Under the pieces are notes generated by a model. That model worked only from the letters and a program-made list of their open reading frames with translations. It made no database searches and was not told the origin of the DNA. Source: Halobacteriovoraceae bacterium (lineage in GTDB: Bacteria > Bdellovibrionota > Bacteriovoracia > Bacteriovoracales > Bacteriovoracaceae). Taken from it: DNA of 64,000 nt. Made by a program: the position numbers and the translations under genes. Below, one piece after another: positions 19,730 through 29,885 of the stretch; position 1 is the first letter of the stretch, and each line of letters starts with the position of its first letter. The DNA is taken from contig CAVRCF010000005.1 of the NCBI GenBank assembly GCA_963719505.1, positions 1 to 64,000 of the forward strand, read 5' to 3'.

Positions 19730-21229
19730 TTGCGAAGCACTATGATGTGGTTATTTCTTATTTTTTACACTTCAGCCGTTTTTGCGGTGATAAGCCCTGA
19801 TAATATAGTCTCAATCGAGCAGACCTCAACCACGGGTAAAACGATTATTTTAAATATGGGTTCAAGCGCTAACTTAGTTGAAGACGAACTAGGGGTTCTT
19901 TTAACTTCCGTAAAAAAACAAGACAGGATTCAATTTAAACCAGTAGCAAAAATCAAGTCGGTTAAAGTCTTTAAAGAAAGTTCGATATGGATCGCTTTTG
20001 ATGTTTTTATCCCAAGTCTTATGGAAAAAGGGACTAAGCTCGTTTTGCTTAATGAAAATAGACTTCTTTCTGGCAGAGAGAAGTTAACTTTTAAACGCTC
20101 CAAAATTATCTCAGAACAAAAAGATTTAAATTTAGATCTCAAAGAAAACCTTATAGAAGGGACCCAAAACCTTTCGGTTAAAGAGAAAGACTACGGTGTC
20201 CTTAGAGAGCTTCATGGGAAAGAGAAGCATTTCGATAAAGATATTGAGCTGGTTGATCTGGATATTTGGAATGATAAAAAAATAGGTAATAAGAAAACAG
20301 CAACTTCATTTTATAAAAGTAAATATGCCAAAGACTTTCAAAGAGAGCATCGTATTCAAACCTTTGAAAAAATGGTGATAGCATTTGTTAGAAAGTATAA
20401 TGATCCAAGGTTTACCATTGCTCGAAGATATTTTGAAGATGTAGATGCAAACTCAATTACCTCGGAGGCCAGTTCAAGAGAAGTTTATGAAAATTATCTT
20501 GAACGTGAAGATGATCGCCTTGGAAAGGAAGAGAAAATCTACGATGATTTGGCTTCTAAAGGGGAGGTTTGGTCTGACGGCTACTCAGATGAAGAGTTGT
20601 CTGAGCTTGTTTACAATGTAGGTATTATAAAAGAGAGAGAGAGAAGGATTGTGGTTTCTGCGTATCAATTCTCGCATCAAGCTTACACACATTTTGGGAT
20701 AAATCTGGTTAATAATGAAAATCTTAAAGACCGAGTGAATACGGCCCAGTCAAAATATGACATCGAACTTGGTTATGAGTACTTTGCTTTTAAAAATATT
20801 GAATCCTTGCAAAGAATAACTTTTGAGTTCAGTGGAAGACGGGCCATAGATGCGTATTCTATAGGTTCAGGTTTTAATGCAACAAGCACAGAATATAGTC
20901 TTGCCGCTGGTGTTAACTATTATCCCTTTCGACCTGCCAACACGTTAGAGGCCAATATTATCTATCTTGGGGCTTATATTCGAACGGGGCTTTCCATTTT
21001 AGAGGTCAGTGAAAGTGCGGAGACCGGCTCTTATAGCGTTCTTTCCTTTCCAGGTCTAAGGGCAGGATTAAAATACAATTTTTCTAATTCATATGGCATT
21101 AGGGTCTTTGGAAGTTTCGAAAATATTGAGACCTCTAGAATTCAAAGAAATGATGATGAAGGCGTTCTCCCTGATGTCGCATCTTTAACAGAGGGAAAGA
21201 TAAGTATTGGTTTAAGTAAGTTTTTTTAA
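19730..21229 (+). CDS. Secreted/outer-membrane protein with C-terminal beta-barrel
   Basis: Signal peptide (VFA), amphipathic C-terminal strands, terminal F. Confidence 0.7.
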   Translation: MRSTMMWLFLIFYTSAVFAVISPDNIVSIEQTSTTGKTIILNMGSSANLVEDELGVLLTSVKKQDRIQFKPVAKIKSVKVFKESSIWIAFDVFIPSLMEKGTKLVLLNENRLLSGREKLTFKRSKIISEQKDLNLDLKENLIEGTQNLSVKEKDYGVLRELHGKEKHFDKDIELVDLDIWNDKKIGNKKTATSFYKSKYAKDFQREHRIQTFEKMVIAFVRKYNDPRFTIARRYFEDVDANSITSEASSREVYENYLEREDDRLGKEEKIYDDLASKGEVWSDGYSDEELSELVYNVGIIKERERRIVVSAYQFSHQAYTHFGINLVNNENLKDRVNTAQSKYDIELGYEYFAFKNIESLQRITFEFSGRRAIDAYSIGSGFNATSTEYSLAAGVNYYPFRPANTLEANIIYLGAYIRTGLSILEVSESAETGSYSVLSFPGLRAGLKYNFSNSYGIRVFGSFENIETSRIQRNDDEGVLPDVASLTEGKISIGLSKFF

Positions 21230-21242
21230 AAAGGTATATCTG

Positions 21243-22337
21243 ATGAGTAAATTTATTGTTTTAGTTTGTTTTCTTTTTTCTACTGCTGCTTTTTCCTTGG
21301 AGATTGATGAGCGTTTGACGATGAGGATTGTAAAAGTCTCAGAATCGAAAAAAACGTTTTTAATCAACAGAGGGATTGAAGATGGTATTGTAAAAGGGGA
21401 TCACGCGAAATTCTTTCTCACTATTGGGGTTGTTGCTCGAGGTGTCGTTGTGAAGGTTTCACCGACTCGTTCGGTTTGGTCACTTTACCGGTTGGTTAAT
21501 GCAGACTATATTCGCGATGATCAAGTGATGAGATTAAAAATTACCGCTCCTGTTAAAATAACAAAAGATGAAAGTAAAATGTTAGTGGCCGATGATTCTG
21601 TTGTTACCGTTCGAGGTAAAGATCCAAGAGACTTGGGGATACCGCTAGCTGAAGGGGCAGAAGATGAAACGGCTGAGGATAAAATAGGACTCAGTGGAGA
21701 GATGAAAGAGCTCGCTGGAGGTGTTGACCCTTCAACTTTAAGCCTCAGGGAACTAAATAAAGAAGTCTTCCTCTCTTTTCATTACTCGGGAACTTCTTTT
21801 GTAACGACTCCATCAGAAGAGGACGGTGAAAGTAAAGGTTCTCAATCTTCTTTAGTTCTCAATAGTGGTTTTGAACTCTATGTCACTGATTATAAAAAAT
21901 GGTATTCTCGCTTTTCTTTGGTTGCTGTTTTGTCCTTGGTAAGAAATGGTGCTTCTACTAATAGAGGTGATGTTATTCAAGAGAATATCACTGAGTTTGG
22001 TGGTGGATTTAATTGGTACCCTCTAACAAGACCTTCAAAAGTACATAAGTTTATCCCTTTTGGTTCATTCCAATTCCTTGTTGGGAGTGCGGAGACGAGC
22101 TTTGAGCCAAGTTCTGCGCTTTCTTCTGTCGCCGAGGCAGAAACCTCTAATGCAGCAACCTTTGGCTATTTATTTGGAGGGGGAGTGAAGTACTTTACTC
22201 CTCGAGGTTATGGGGCGAAAGTGAGTCTGGACTATTCAATTAGAGGTGATTCATTTGCGGCTGATACTCAACAAAACAAATGGGTGAAGACCAATTCAGG
22301 TCCTAAAATTACAATTGGATTCTTAAAAAGGTTTTAG
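21243..22337 (+). CDS. Outer-membrane beta-barrel protein, paralog of the upstream gene
   Basis: Signal peptide (AFS), FGGGVKYF strand, terminal KRF; shared N-terminal module. Confidence 0.72.
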   Translation: MSKFIVLVCFLFSTAAFSLEIDERLTMRIVKVSESKKTFLINRGIEDGIVKGDHAKFFLTIGVVARGVVVKVSPTRSVWSLYRLVNADYIRDDQVMRLKITAPVKITKDESKMLVADDSVVTVRGKDPRDLGIPLAEGAEDETAEDKIGLSGEMKELAGGVDPSTLSLRELNKEVFLSFHYSGTSFVTTPSEEDGESKGSQSSLVLNSGFELYVTDYKKWYSRFSLVAVLSLVRNGASTNRGDVIQENITEFGGGFNWYPLTRPSKVHKFIPFGSFQFLVGSAETSFEPSSALSSVAEAETSNAATFGYLFGGGVKYFTPRGYGAKVSLDYSIRGDSFAADTQQNKWVKTNSGPKITIGFLKRF

Positions 22338-23731
22338 TCAATAATCGTTGGAAGCTCTTTGACAGCAGAAACCGTCATAAGTTTCTCGAGGTCTTGTTTT
22401 TCTTGATACTGATCTAGGGAGTACAAAGAGAGTCTTCTTTTAATGAGATCCTCAAGGCTGTGGACCTGCTCTTGTTCAATAATTTTTTCAATCATTTCAA
22501 GATTAACTTTTTGGGAGTGGATATCTGCCAGTAGGGATTTTTTGGTAAATTCCGTCTTTGACAGAGACTTATCGTATGACTGGTTATTATCTTTGAAAAC
22601 TTTCTTCGTTATATCTGAAGCCATCACTCTAAACGTCGTATATTTACCGCCAGCAATGACGTAGGTGTTTTCAGCTGGGGTATAAATTTTGTGGTGTCTG
22701 GATGTTTTTCCAGGTCCTAGGCTTTTAGATTTTATCAGAGGTCTTACAGCGGCATAGTCCGCGATGATATCAACATGTGAGACATTTTCTTTAGGGAAAT
22801 AATTATTGATCGACTCTAAAAGGTAGTCGATTTCTTCTTTCGATGGATTTAAATCAAAGAGGTTTTCATGGGGCTTGAGTTCAATCTCTGTCGTTCCCAC
22901 AAGAATAGAGTTTCTATGAGGGATAACGAAGATCACTCTTTTATCTTTGGTTTGAATAACTAAAGAATTATCGATTTTAAGACTCGTCTTCTTTAACCAA
23001 ATATGGCTGCCTTTTGAAGGGAGTATAATGTCTTCCCAAGGCACATTGAGTTTATTTAACGTGAAATCGGTAAATGGACCTAAAGAGAAAATAATATTTT
23101 TACATTCAACGCTAACAAACGTGTTTGAAAGTCTATTGAGTAGTTTTAGTTTATTTAGACCATCGACTTTATGGCATTCAACAACTTCGTGATAATTAAT
23201 GGCTTGTGCACCGTGAAAGACTGAATCAAAAATTAAATCAAACACCAATTTCGAATCATCTATCACTCCATCTGAATAGACTCCAGAGCCCGTAAGTCCT
23301 TCCTCTTTTATTCCAGGGAGGGCCTTAATCGTTTGAGCTTTTGATAAAACCTTATGAGGGGTATTTTTAAATAATGATAAAAGATCATAGAGAAAGAGCC
23401 CAATTCTCATAAGAAACAGAGGCCATTTAGATTCCTTAAAAACGGGAAGAATAAATGTTTTTTCAGTCGAGATATGACTTGCAAGCTTGAGCCAAATCTT
23501 TTTTTCTCTTAGGGCTTCGAAGACGAGAAGAAAGTCAAAGTTTTCTAGATAACGAATTCCACCGTGCAACATCTTAGAGCTTCCTGCACTTGTTTGAGAT
23601 GAGTAATCGCCTTTTTCGACAAGAAGAACATCTTTTTTATGAAGGGCAAAGTCACGCAAGACTCCTGCTCCAACGATTCCTCCACCGACAATAATGGTTT
23701 CGTAATATGTTTTTATTTCTTTATCAGCCAA
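22334..23731 (-). CDS. glpD: FAD-dependent glycerol-3-phosphate dehydrogenase/oxidase
   Basis: VGGGIVG, SSKMLHGGIRYLE, GTTE, VRPL, GGKYTTFR. Confidence 0.9.
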   Translation of the reverse strand: MADKEIKTYYETIIVGGGIVGAGVLRDFALHKKDVLLVEKGDYSSQTSAGSSKMLHGGIRYLENFDFLLVFEALREKKIWLKLASHISTEKTFILPVFKESKWPLFLMRIGLFLYDLLSLFKNTPHKVLSKAQTIKALPGIKEEGLTGSGVYSDGVIDDSKLVFDLIFDSVFHGAQAINYHEVVECHKVDGLNKLKLLNRLSNTFVSVECKNIIFSLGPFTDFTLNKLNVPWEDIILPSKGSHIWLKKTSLKIDNSLVIQTKDKRVIFVIPHRNSILVGTTEIELKPHENLFDLNPSKEEIDYLLESINNYFPKENVSHVDIIADYAAVRPLIKSKSLGPGKTSRHHKIYTPAENTYVIAGGKYTTFRVMASDITKKVFKDNNQSYDKSLSKTEFTKKSLLADIHSQKVNLEMIEKIIEQEQVHSLEDLIKRRLSLYSLDQYQEKQDLEKLMTVSAVKELPTIID

Positions 23732-25095
23732 ACAACATTCCCTGTGCAGATAATTTTATACTGATTTTTGTCAGCGGCAGACTCTTTTAAAAGTGGAATC
23801 ATAGTATAATTTATGGCCACAACTCCATTTCCTTTTTTGTTAATGGCAGAATACTTAAGCTTCGAGACCAAATCTTCGTAAAGATGATCAGATATGCCCG
23901 AGTCTTCACTGGTAAGTTCTTCAGAAGTCACAATGCTATGATCTGTCACGACGCCGAGATATTCTTTTATCTCGTAACCTTCTAAATTATGAGATGTAGA
24001 GGTTACGATATCTTCAAGACTGACACTTTCATTATCAAAGGTGAAGTTATGAGAGCGATTATTAAAAATATTGTGTTTTGTGGCCATGCCGGAATCATCA
24101 GATGAGTAGGTCTTAGCCGGATTAATTTCTTCTGTTAAGCCCATAAGAATGGTGAGTTCAAATCGTCTAAACTTATGGCAAAGTAGTATTGCTGCGTACT
24201 CGGAGAGCCTTGGGATAAGAAATGATCCACGAGAGAGGGTCTGGCGAGCTGAGGTTTCATCTTCAGCAGAGAGTATTTTAAATTCTTTGAGTAAAATAAC
24301 AATATCGTCTAGATCCTCTTGGTACTTTATATCCTTTAGAATAATACTAAATGGAGGATTCCCCTCATGGGATAGATTTCCATAGGACATATTCTTAGCA
24401 AAGCGTTGTAGGTCTTGAAAATTCTCAGGGGCTTTATACTCAGTATTTAAAGCTTGAGGCTGAATTGGTTCTACAATGGTTGGCTTTTCGCTCAGGGGAG
24501 GTTCATCAACTTTTTCGAAACTCTCGTCGATCTCTTCTTGTTCTTCAACAAAATCATCTGTGAGGTCTTCAGCTGTGTTATCACTTTCTTCTGGGTCACT
24601 ATCAGTTGGAAAGTCATCGAGTTGGGATGTTTCCAAGGAGTCAGAGTCAGAATCAAAGTCATTGGTCGGTGAATCTTCTATCGTCTCTTCTTCAAGAGTG
24701 TCATCTTCAAAAGAGGAATCTTCAAAGGAGTTGTCTTCGAAAGATGGATCTTCAAATGAGTTCTCATTATTGTCATCGTCATCGTCATTATCAAAGGAGT
24801 CAGCTTCTAGACTACTGTCTTCGAAGGAGTTGTCGGAGAAATCGTCTTCGAAACTATCTGAAGAGCCTTCATCATCATCGAAATTATCTGAAATCGAATC
24901 GGGCTCAACATTATCGAGATCTTCTTCTAAAGCTGAGTAGTCAGCCTCATCGGTTGCGTTGAAGTCGTCGGGAAGAGTTAAGTCTGGATCCGTGTTTAAG
25001 CCATGAAAATCATCATCTTCATCAGCTTCATGAAGATACTCTGAGAGATCTTCAATTCTTGTTAAATCCTCGCCCTTCTTTGGATCATCGCTCAA
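23713..25095 (-). CDS. Hypothetical protein: long acidic disordered N-terminus plus C-terminal YbjQ-like domain
   Basis: About 200 D/E/S-rich residues; LEGYEIKEYLGVV and GNGVVAI..CTGNVV resemble YbjQ/UPF0145. Confidence 0.7.
   Translation of the reverse strand: MSDDPKKGEDLTRIEDLSEYLHEADEDDDFHGLNTDPDLTLPDDFNATDEADYSALEEDLDNVEPDSISDNFDDDEGSSDSFEDDFSDNSFEDSSLEADSFDNDDDDDNNENSFEDPSFEDNSFEDSSFEDDTLEEETIEDSPTNDFDSDSDSLETSQLDDFPTDSDPEESDNTAEDLTDDFVEEQEEIDESFEKVDEPPLSEKPTIVEPIQPQALNTEYKAPENFQDLQRFAKNMSYGNLSHEGNPPFSIILKDIKYQEDLDDIVILLKEFKILSAEDETSARQTLSRGSFLIPRLSEYAAILLCHKFRRFELTILMGLTEEINPAKTYSSDDSGMATKHNIFNNRSHNFTFDNESVSLEDIVTSTSHNLEGYEIKEYLGVVTDHSIVTSEELTSEDSGISDHLYEDLVSKLKYSAINKKGNGVVAINYTMIPLLKESAADKNQYKIICTGNVVWLIKK
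24703..24762 (-). repeat. 4 x 15 bp degenerate tandem repeat encoding xSFED
   Basis: atcttcaaaagagga / atcttcaaaggagtt / gtcttcgaaagatgg / atcttcaaatgagtt. Confidence 0.8.
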
Positions 25096-25132
25096 ACTAT
25101 AAGCCTCGCTTTCGGATGAGTGCTATGAGTGC

Positions 25133-27682
25133 TTAGGCACCATGACACTGTTTAAACTTTTTACCGCTTCCACATGGACACGGATCATTTCTTCCTACTT
25201 TTACTTGTTTTCTTTCAACAGGTGCATTCTTAGCTTCTTCAGCTGCAGCTCTTGCCCTTCTGTGAGCATTCAACTGAGCATCTAGTTCTGCTTGTTGTTG
25301 ACGTTTAATGGCTTCAATTTCTTCAGGTGTGTAGAGGCGAACAGAAAAAATTCTTTCAACAATTGCTCGTCTAATTTCAACCTTCATATTCTCATAAAGT
25401 GAATAAGCTTCTCTTTTGTATTCTACGAGAGGATCTTTTTGACCGTAAGAGCGAAGATTAATTCCCTCTTTTAAATGATCCATATTGAGAAGGTGATCTT
25501 TCCAAAATTGATCAAAAGTCGCCAAAAGAATTTCTCGTAGAGTTAGTTTTACCTGCTCGGCTTCGTACTCAGCAAATTTATCAGACAGAATCGCCTTGGC
25601 CTGAGTTTCGATATAATCAGTCAAATTTGAGTTATGTTTGTCTGAGCATTCATTAACTGTAAGCACTTTGTCGGTTGCAAAAACGTTTTGAAAACCGTTA
25701 TTTATTGTCTCCCAGTTCCACTCATTAAGAGGAACTTTTCTGTCCGGTGTATTAATGGCCGTAAGCATTCCCGCGACATCAGTTATCATCTCTTGAACAA
25801 GATCATGATTTCCTTCGTCATCAAGAATTTCTTTTCTCAGACGATAAATGACTTTTCTTTGCTCATTCATAACATTGTCAAAATCCAGAAGATGCTTTCT
25901 GATATCAAAGTTATGACCCTCAACTCGTTTTTGAGCCTTGGCTATGGCATTAGAAATCATTTTATGCTCTATAGGTTCGTCATCTTTCATTCCAAGTTTA
26001 TTCATAAACGTTTTGATTCTATCGGAACCAAAAACTCGCATAAGATCGTCTTCTAGAGATAAGAAAAATCTCGAAGCACCTGGATCTCCTTGACGACCTG
26101 ATCGTCCTCGCAGCTGATTATCAATCCTTCTCGATTCGTGTCTTTCTGTACCAATGATAAAGAGACCACCAGCGGCTTTTGTTTCTTCGTTTAGTTTAAT
26201 GTCGGTACCACGACCGGCCATATTGGTGGCGATAGTAACAGAGCCTGGCATACCAGCATTTTGAACGATGGTTGCTTCTCTTTCGTGCTGTTTGGCGTTT
26301 AGGACTTCGTGTTTCACTCCGAAATCAGTTAAAAAGCGAGAGAGAATCTCAGAGCTGTCGATAGTAATTGTACCGACAAGAACAGGTTGATTTCTCTCGT
26401 TACATTCTTTGATAAGCTCAGCAACGGCTTTGTACTTGGCCATTTTATTGGCATAGATCAGGTCTGGTTTATCATCTCTGACAATAGGAAGGTTTGTCGG
26501 AATTACGACAACCTCTAGCTCGTAGATCTTTCCAAATTCTTCTGCTTCTGTATCAGCTGTCCCCGTCATTCCGGCAAGAGTGTTATACATTTTAAAGTAG
26601 TTTTGAAAGGTAATAGAGGCGAGAGTTTGGTTCTCACTTTTTATAGGAACGCCTTCTTTGGCTTCAATCGCTTGATGAAGTCCATCAGACCATCTCGATC
26701 CTTCTTTCATTCTTCCTGTAAACTCATCGACGATGATAACTTTTCCGTCTTTAATAACGTATTGTTCATCAACTTTGAAAAGTGTGTGCGCTCGCAGGGC
26801 TTGGTTTACATGATGAAGAAGCTCCATGTTTTGAACATCAAAGAGGTTCTCGATTCCTAAAATATCTTGAACCTTAACAACTCCTTCATCAGTCATGACA
26901 GCTGTATGGGATTTCTCATCAACTGTATAGTCAGTTTCCAGAATCATTTTTGAAGGAATGGAATTCACTTTGTGATAAAGGTCGGTATTTCCTTCACTTG
27001 GTCCAGAGATTAAAAGAGGAGTTCTGGCCTCATCAATAAGGATGGAGTCGACCTCATCGACGATACAAAAATTATGAGGCCTTTGAACGTATTCATCCAG
27101 ATCAAACTTCATATTGTCTCTTAAATAGTCAAAGGCAAATTCATTATTTGTTCCGTAGGTGATGTCCGCTTTGTAGGCTTCCATTCTATCTTCGTCACTC
27201 ATATCGTGAACTATGCAGCCCACTGTAAGACCAAGCCATTTATAGAGTTCACCCATTTCTTGAGCATCTCTACTGGCAAGATAGTCGTTGACGGTGACAA
27301 GGTGAGCACCTTTACCCGTAAGACCATGAAGGTACATGGGAAGAGCAGCGGTAAGAGTTTTACCCTCTCCGGTTTTCATCTCGGCAATTTTTCCATCAAA
27401 AAGAACAATTCCCCCTATGATTTGGACATCGTAGGGCTCCATTTTTAAAACACGCTTTGAAGCTTCCCTGACTGTTGCGAAAGCTTCTGGTAAAATGTCG
27501 GACAGTGTACTTCCGTTGGCCAACATTTCGCGAAACTTTGTCGTCTGAGCTTGAAGCTCTTCGTCACTTAAAGCTTTTATTTTTTCTTTGTAGCTATTGA
27601 TTTCATTCAATAAAGGTCGCATTGTCTTTATATCTCGGTCCTGTTTAGTCCCAAAAATCTTTTTCATTACGTTATTAATCAT
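25133..27682 (-). CDS. secA: Preprotein translocase ATPase SecA
   Basis: [37 protein letters not shown] motif [19 protein letters not shown]. Confidence 0.99.
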   Translation of the reverse strand: MINNVMKKIFGTKQDRDIKTMRPLLNEINSYKEKIKALSDEELQAQTTKFREMLANGSTLSDILPEAFATVREASKRVLKMEPYDVQIIGGIVLFDGKIAEMKTGEGKTLTAALPMYLHGLTGKGAHLVTVNDYLASRDAQEMGELYKWLGLTVGCIVHDMSDEDRMEAYKADITYGTNNEFAFDYLRDNMKFDLDEYVQRPHNFCIVDEVDSILIDEARTPLLISGPSEGNTDLYHKVNSIPSKMILETDYTVDEKSHTAVMTDEGVVKVQDILGIENLFDVQNMELLHHVNQALRAHTLFKVDEQYVIKDGKVIIVDEFTGRMKEGSRWSDGLHQAIEAKEGVPIKSENQTLASITFQNYFKMYNTLAGMTGTADTEAEEFGKIYELEVVVIPTNLPIVRDDKPDLIYANKMAKYKAVAELIKECNERNQPVLVGTITIDSSEILSRFLTDFGVKHEVLNAKQHEREATIVQNAGMPGSVTIATNMAGRGTDIKLNEETKAAGGLFIIGTERHESRRIDNQLRGRSGRQGDPGASRFFLSLEDDLMRVFGSDRIKTFMNKLGMKDDEPIEHKMISNAIAKAQKRVEGHNFDIRKHLLDFDNVMNEQRKVIYRLRKEILDDEGNHDLVQEMITDVAGMLTAINTPDRKVPLNEWNWETINNGFQNVFATDKVLTVNECSDKHNSNLTDYIETQAKAILSDKFAEYEAEQVKLTLREILLATFDQFWKDHLLNMDHLKEGINLRSYGQKDPLVEYKREAYSLYENMKVEIRRAIVERIFSVRLYTPEEIEAIKRQQQAELDAQLNAHRRARAAAEEAKNAPVERKQVKVGRNDPCPCGSGKKFKQCHGA

Positions 27683-27701
27683 TATATTTCTCCAATTATT
27701 C

Positions 27702-28802
27702 TTAATTACTTTCTAAAACAAAGTATAGGGGATCAACAGCGATCCCATTAACTCTGACTTCATAGTGAAGGTGAGGGCCAGTCGAGTAACCTGTACTTCC
27801 GACTTTTGCAATCATTTGACCTCTTTGAACCTTCTCGCCTTTTTTTACAGTAAGCGTTCTTGAGTGTGCGTAGAGAGTCTCTATTCCATACCCATGATCT
27901 ATTTGAACAAATTTTCCAAAACCGGACTTGACGCCAGAGTAGGTGATGAGTCCGTCAGCTGGAGCGACTATGGGTGTACCATAAGGCGCACCTAGGTCTA
28001 GTCCCTCGTGCATCTTAAGCTTTCCAGCGTAAGGAGACATTCTTTGTCCAAAGTAACTTGTGATCCATCCAACAGCCGGCATAATTGTTGGCGTTGAGGC
28101 GATGACTGATTCTTTATCGAGCAGATATTGATCGAGTTCATGAACCTTTGTCTCAAGGTTTGAGACAACCTTTTTAATTTTTTTATATTTAAAATCAAAG
28201 TCAGAGTAATTGTAAGAGAGCTCAAAACTATTTTTTATAACCGTCGACAGCTGTCTTGTTATTTTATAATCATTCGCAAGACCCAGGTTAGCCGCAACTT
28301 TATTGTCGTAGAGTTCTTTGAGTTTTTGGTATTCAGGTTTTGACCTAATATTATCGAAGTCAAAGTCAAGCTCTATGGGTTTGGCCTCAATAGACGTTGA
28401 GTTTCCATCGGCCTTTGGAGCATAGTCGTCCATAGACGTATCACTGTCATGACTTGATGTTGGCTTGAGGGGAACTCTAGCTTGTTCTGAGTCTTCAAGA
28501 CCTGTGATAATTCTCAGCTTCTTCTCAAACGTATTAATTCGTTGAAGGTCAGAGGCCAATGAGTTGATCTTGTTTTGAAATAACTGGATTTGTTCACGCA
28601 GCTGTCTGTTTTCTAAATTAAGAAGTTTGTTTTCGTTTATTTGCTGAACAATTTTAATATAGTCGTAGAGAAAGATTCCAACGAGAATAGATGTTAGCAC
28701 GATAAATAATGTGAACGATCTAAAGAGTATTCCCGGAATTTTAAAAGATCTGACTCCTTTATCTTTTTCGGGGATAATCATCAGCGTGTAGTATTTGTCC
28801 AA
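27702..28802 (-). CDS. Membrane-anchored coiled-coil M23 metallopeptidase
   Basis: TM helix, [19 protein letters not shown] 28802 has a GGAG RBS. Confidence 0.92.
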   Translation of the reverse strand: MDKYYTLMIIPEKDKGVRSFKIPGILFRSFTLFIVLTSILVGIFLYDYIKIVQQINENKLLNLENRQLREQIQLFQNKINSLASDLQRINTFEKKLRIITGLEDSEQARVPLKPTSSHDSDTSMDDYAPKADGNSTSIEAKPIELDFDFDNIRSKPEYQKLKELYDNKVAANLGLANDYKITRQLSTVIKNSFELSYNYSDFDFKYKKIKKVVSNLETKVHELDQYLLDKESVIASTPTIMPAVGWITSYFGQRMSPYAGKLKMHEGLDLGAPYGTPIVAPADGLITYSGVKSGFGKFVQIDHGYGIETLYAHSRTLTVKKGEKVQRGQMIAKVGSTGYSTGPHLHYEVRVNGIAVDPLYFVLESN

Positions 28803-28849
28803 ACTTAAGCTCCATGTCTTAAACAAAATACAAGTGTTTTTGTAAGGAT

Positions 28850-28878
28850 ATTCTAGAGGTCTCTATGGCAAATTGCAA
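28850..28878 (-). promoter_or_regulatory. Sigma-70 promoter upstream of M23-secA
   Basis: TTGCAA-N17-TAGAAT. Confidence 0.55.
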
Positions 28879-28901
28879 TAACTTAGGTCGTGATCTTTTT
28901 T

Positions 28902-29648
28902 TTAATTAGCAAGAGCGATGATGACAGAAATATTGTCCTGTCCACCATTGGCGTTTGCTTGCTTGATCAGCTCACTAACAAGATCATCTAATTGTTGTTG
29001 CTTCGCGTTCATCGGCTCGGGAATAAACTTATTAACGAGGTGAATTATATCCTCGTCGGAAACTTTTCCGTGAAGCCCATCTGAGCAAAGGAGAAAAATA
29101 TCATTTTTTTGAATCTTGTATTTATAAGTATCGACTTCAACTTCTGGCTCAAAACCCACCGTTCTAATGAGAACATTTTTTTGAGGATCAGCTTTGGCTT
29201 GTTCTCTATCGTAGAGACCAATATTTAATTTTTCTTGAACGAGAGAGTGATCTCTTGAAACTTGGTACAAATTGCCTCTATTAATAAGATAAGTTCTAGA
29301 GTCTCCAACATTTGCAATATTCATCTCGTTGCCATTAAACATAATCGCCGTAAGAGTAGTCCCCATTCCTTTTAAATCTTGATTGGCCTGACCGTGTTTG
29401 TAAATTGAATTGTTGACGTATTTTATAGACTCGCTAAGAAGAGTAGGGATGTCGAGCTTGGGAAGATTTTCTTCAATAAAATCTGGAAGGAGCTTTACTG
29501 TCATCTGACTGGCAATATCACCACCGTTATGACCACCCATACCGTCTGCCACGGCGAAAAAATTTCTACTGGGATACAAACAAATCGAGTCCTGATTTGT
29601 TGATCTCTTCATACCAATATCACTGGCCCCTGAACTAAGTACTGCCAT
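28902..29648 (-). CDS. PP2C-type Ser/Thr protein phosphatase (Stp1/IreP family)
   Basis: NQDS, VADGMGGH, MGTT, VGDSR, CSDGL, GGQDN. Confidence 0.95.
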   Translation of the reverse strand: MAVLSSGASDIGMKRSTNQDSICLYPSRNFFAVADGMGGHNGGDIASQMTVKLLPDFIEENLPKLDIPTLLSESIKYVNNSIYKHGQANQDLKGMGTTLTAIMFNGNEMNIANVGDSRTYLINRGNLYQVSRDHSLVQEKLNIGLYDREQAKADPQKNVLIRTVGFEPEVEVDTYKYKIQKNDIFLLCSDGLHGKVSDEDIIHLVNKFIPEPMNAKQQQLDDLVSELIKQANANGGQDNISVIIALAN

Positions 29649-29833
29649 AATTTCTCCGACGTTAATATCTAAAACGAATTCATTTAATTAAGTGAAATTA
29701 TTATAGCAAAACTTGCAACTGTTTAAAGTCTTTTCGTTTATTTTAAATATTTGCCTACTCTTCATACAAATAGGTGACAAATTGACTCTACAAAAAAAAT
29801 ACATAATTTCCAATATATGCCTTTGACTTGAAC

Positions 29834-29842
29834 TGATATAAT
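29834..29842 (+). promoter_or_regulatory. Extended -10 element upstream of prkA
   Basis: TGaTATAAT, 43 bp before ATG 29886. Confidence 0.4.
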
Positions 29843-29885
29843 GGGAGAATAGGAGTTGAAATACCTTAATCAAATCGGAGGATAC

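Noticed and set aside
24454..24962. Ser-rich and other plus-strand ORFs
   Set aside because: Antisense shadows of the Asp/Glu-rich coding region
25107..25135. Two GAGTGCT copies resembling CIRCE half-sites
   Set aside because: Direct rather than inverted repeats; no TTAGCACTC-N9-GAGTGCTAA arrangement
29704..29718. Possible sigma-54 site upstream of prkA
   Set aside because: No GG-N10-GC spacing
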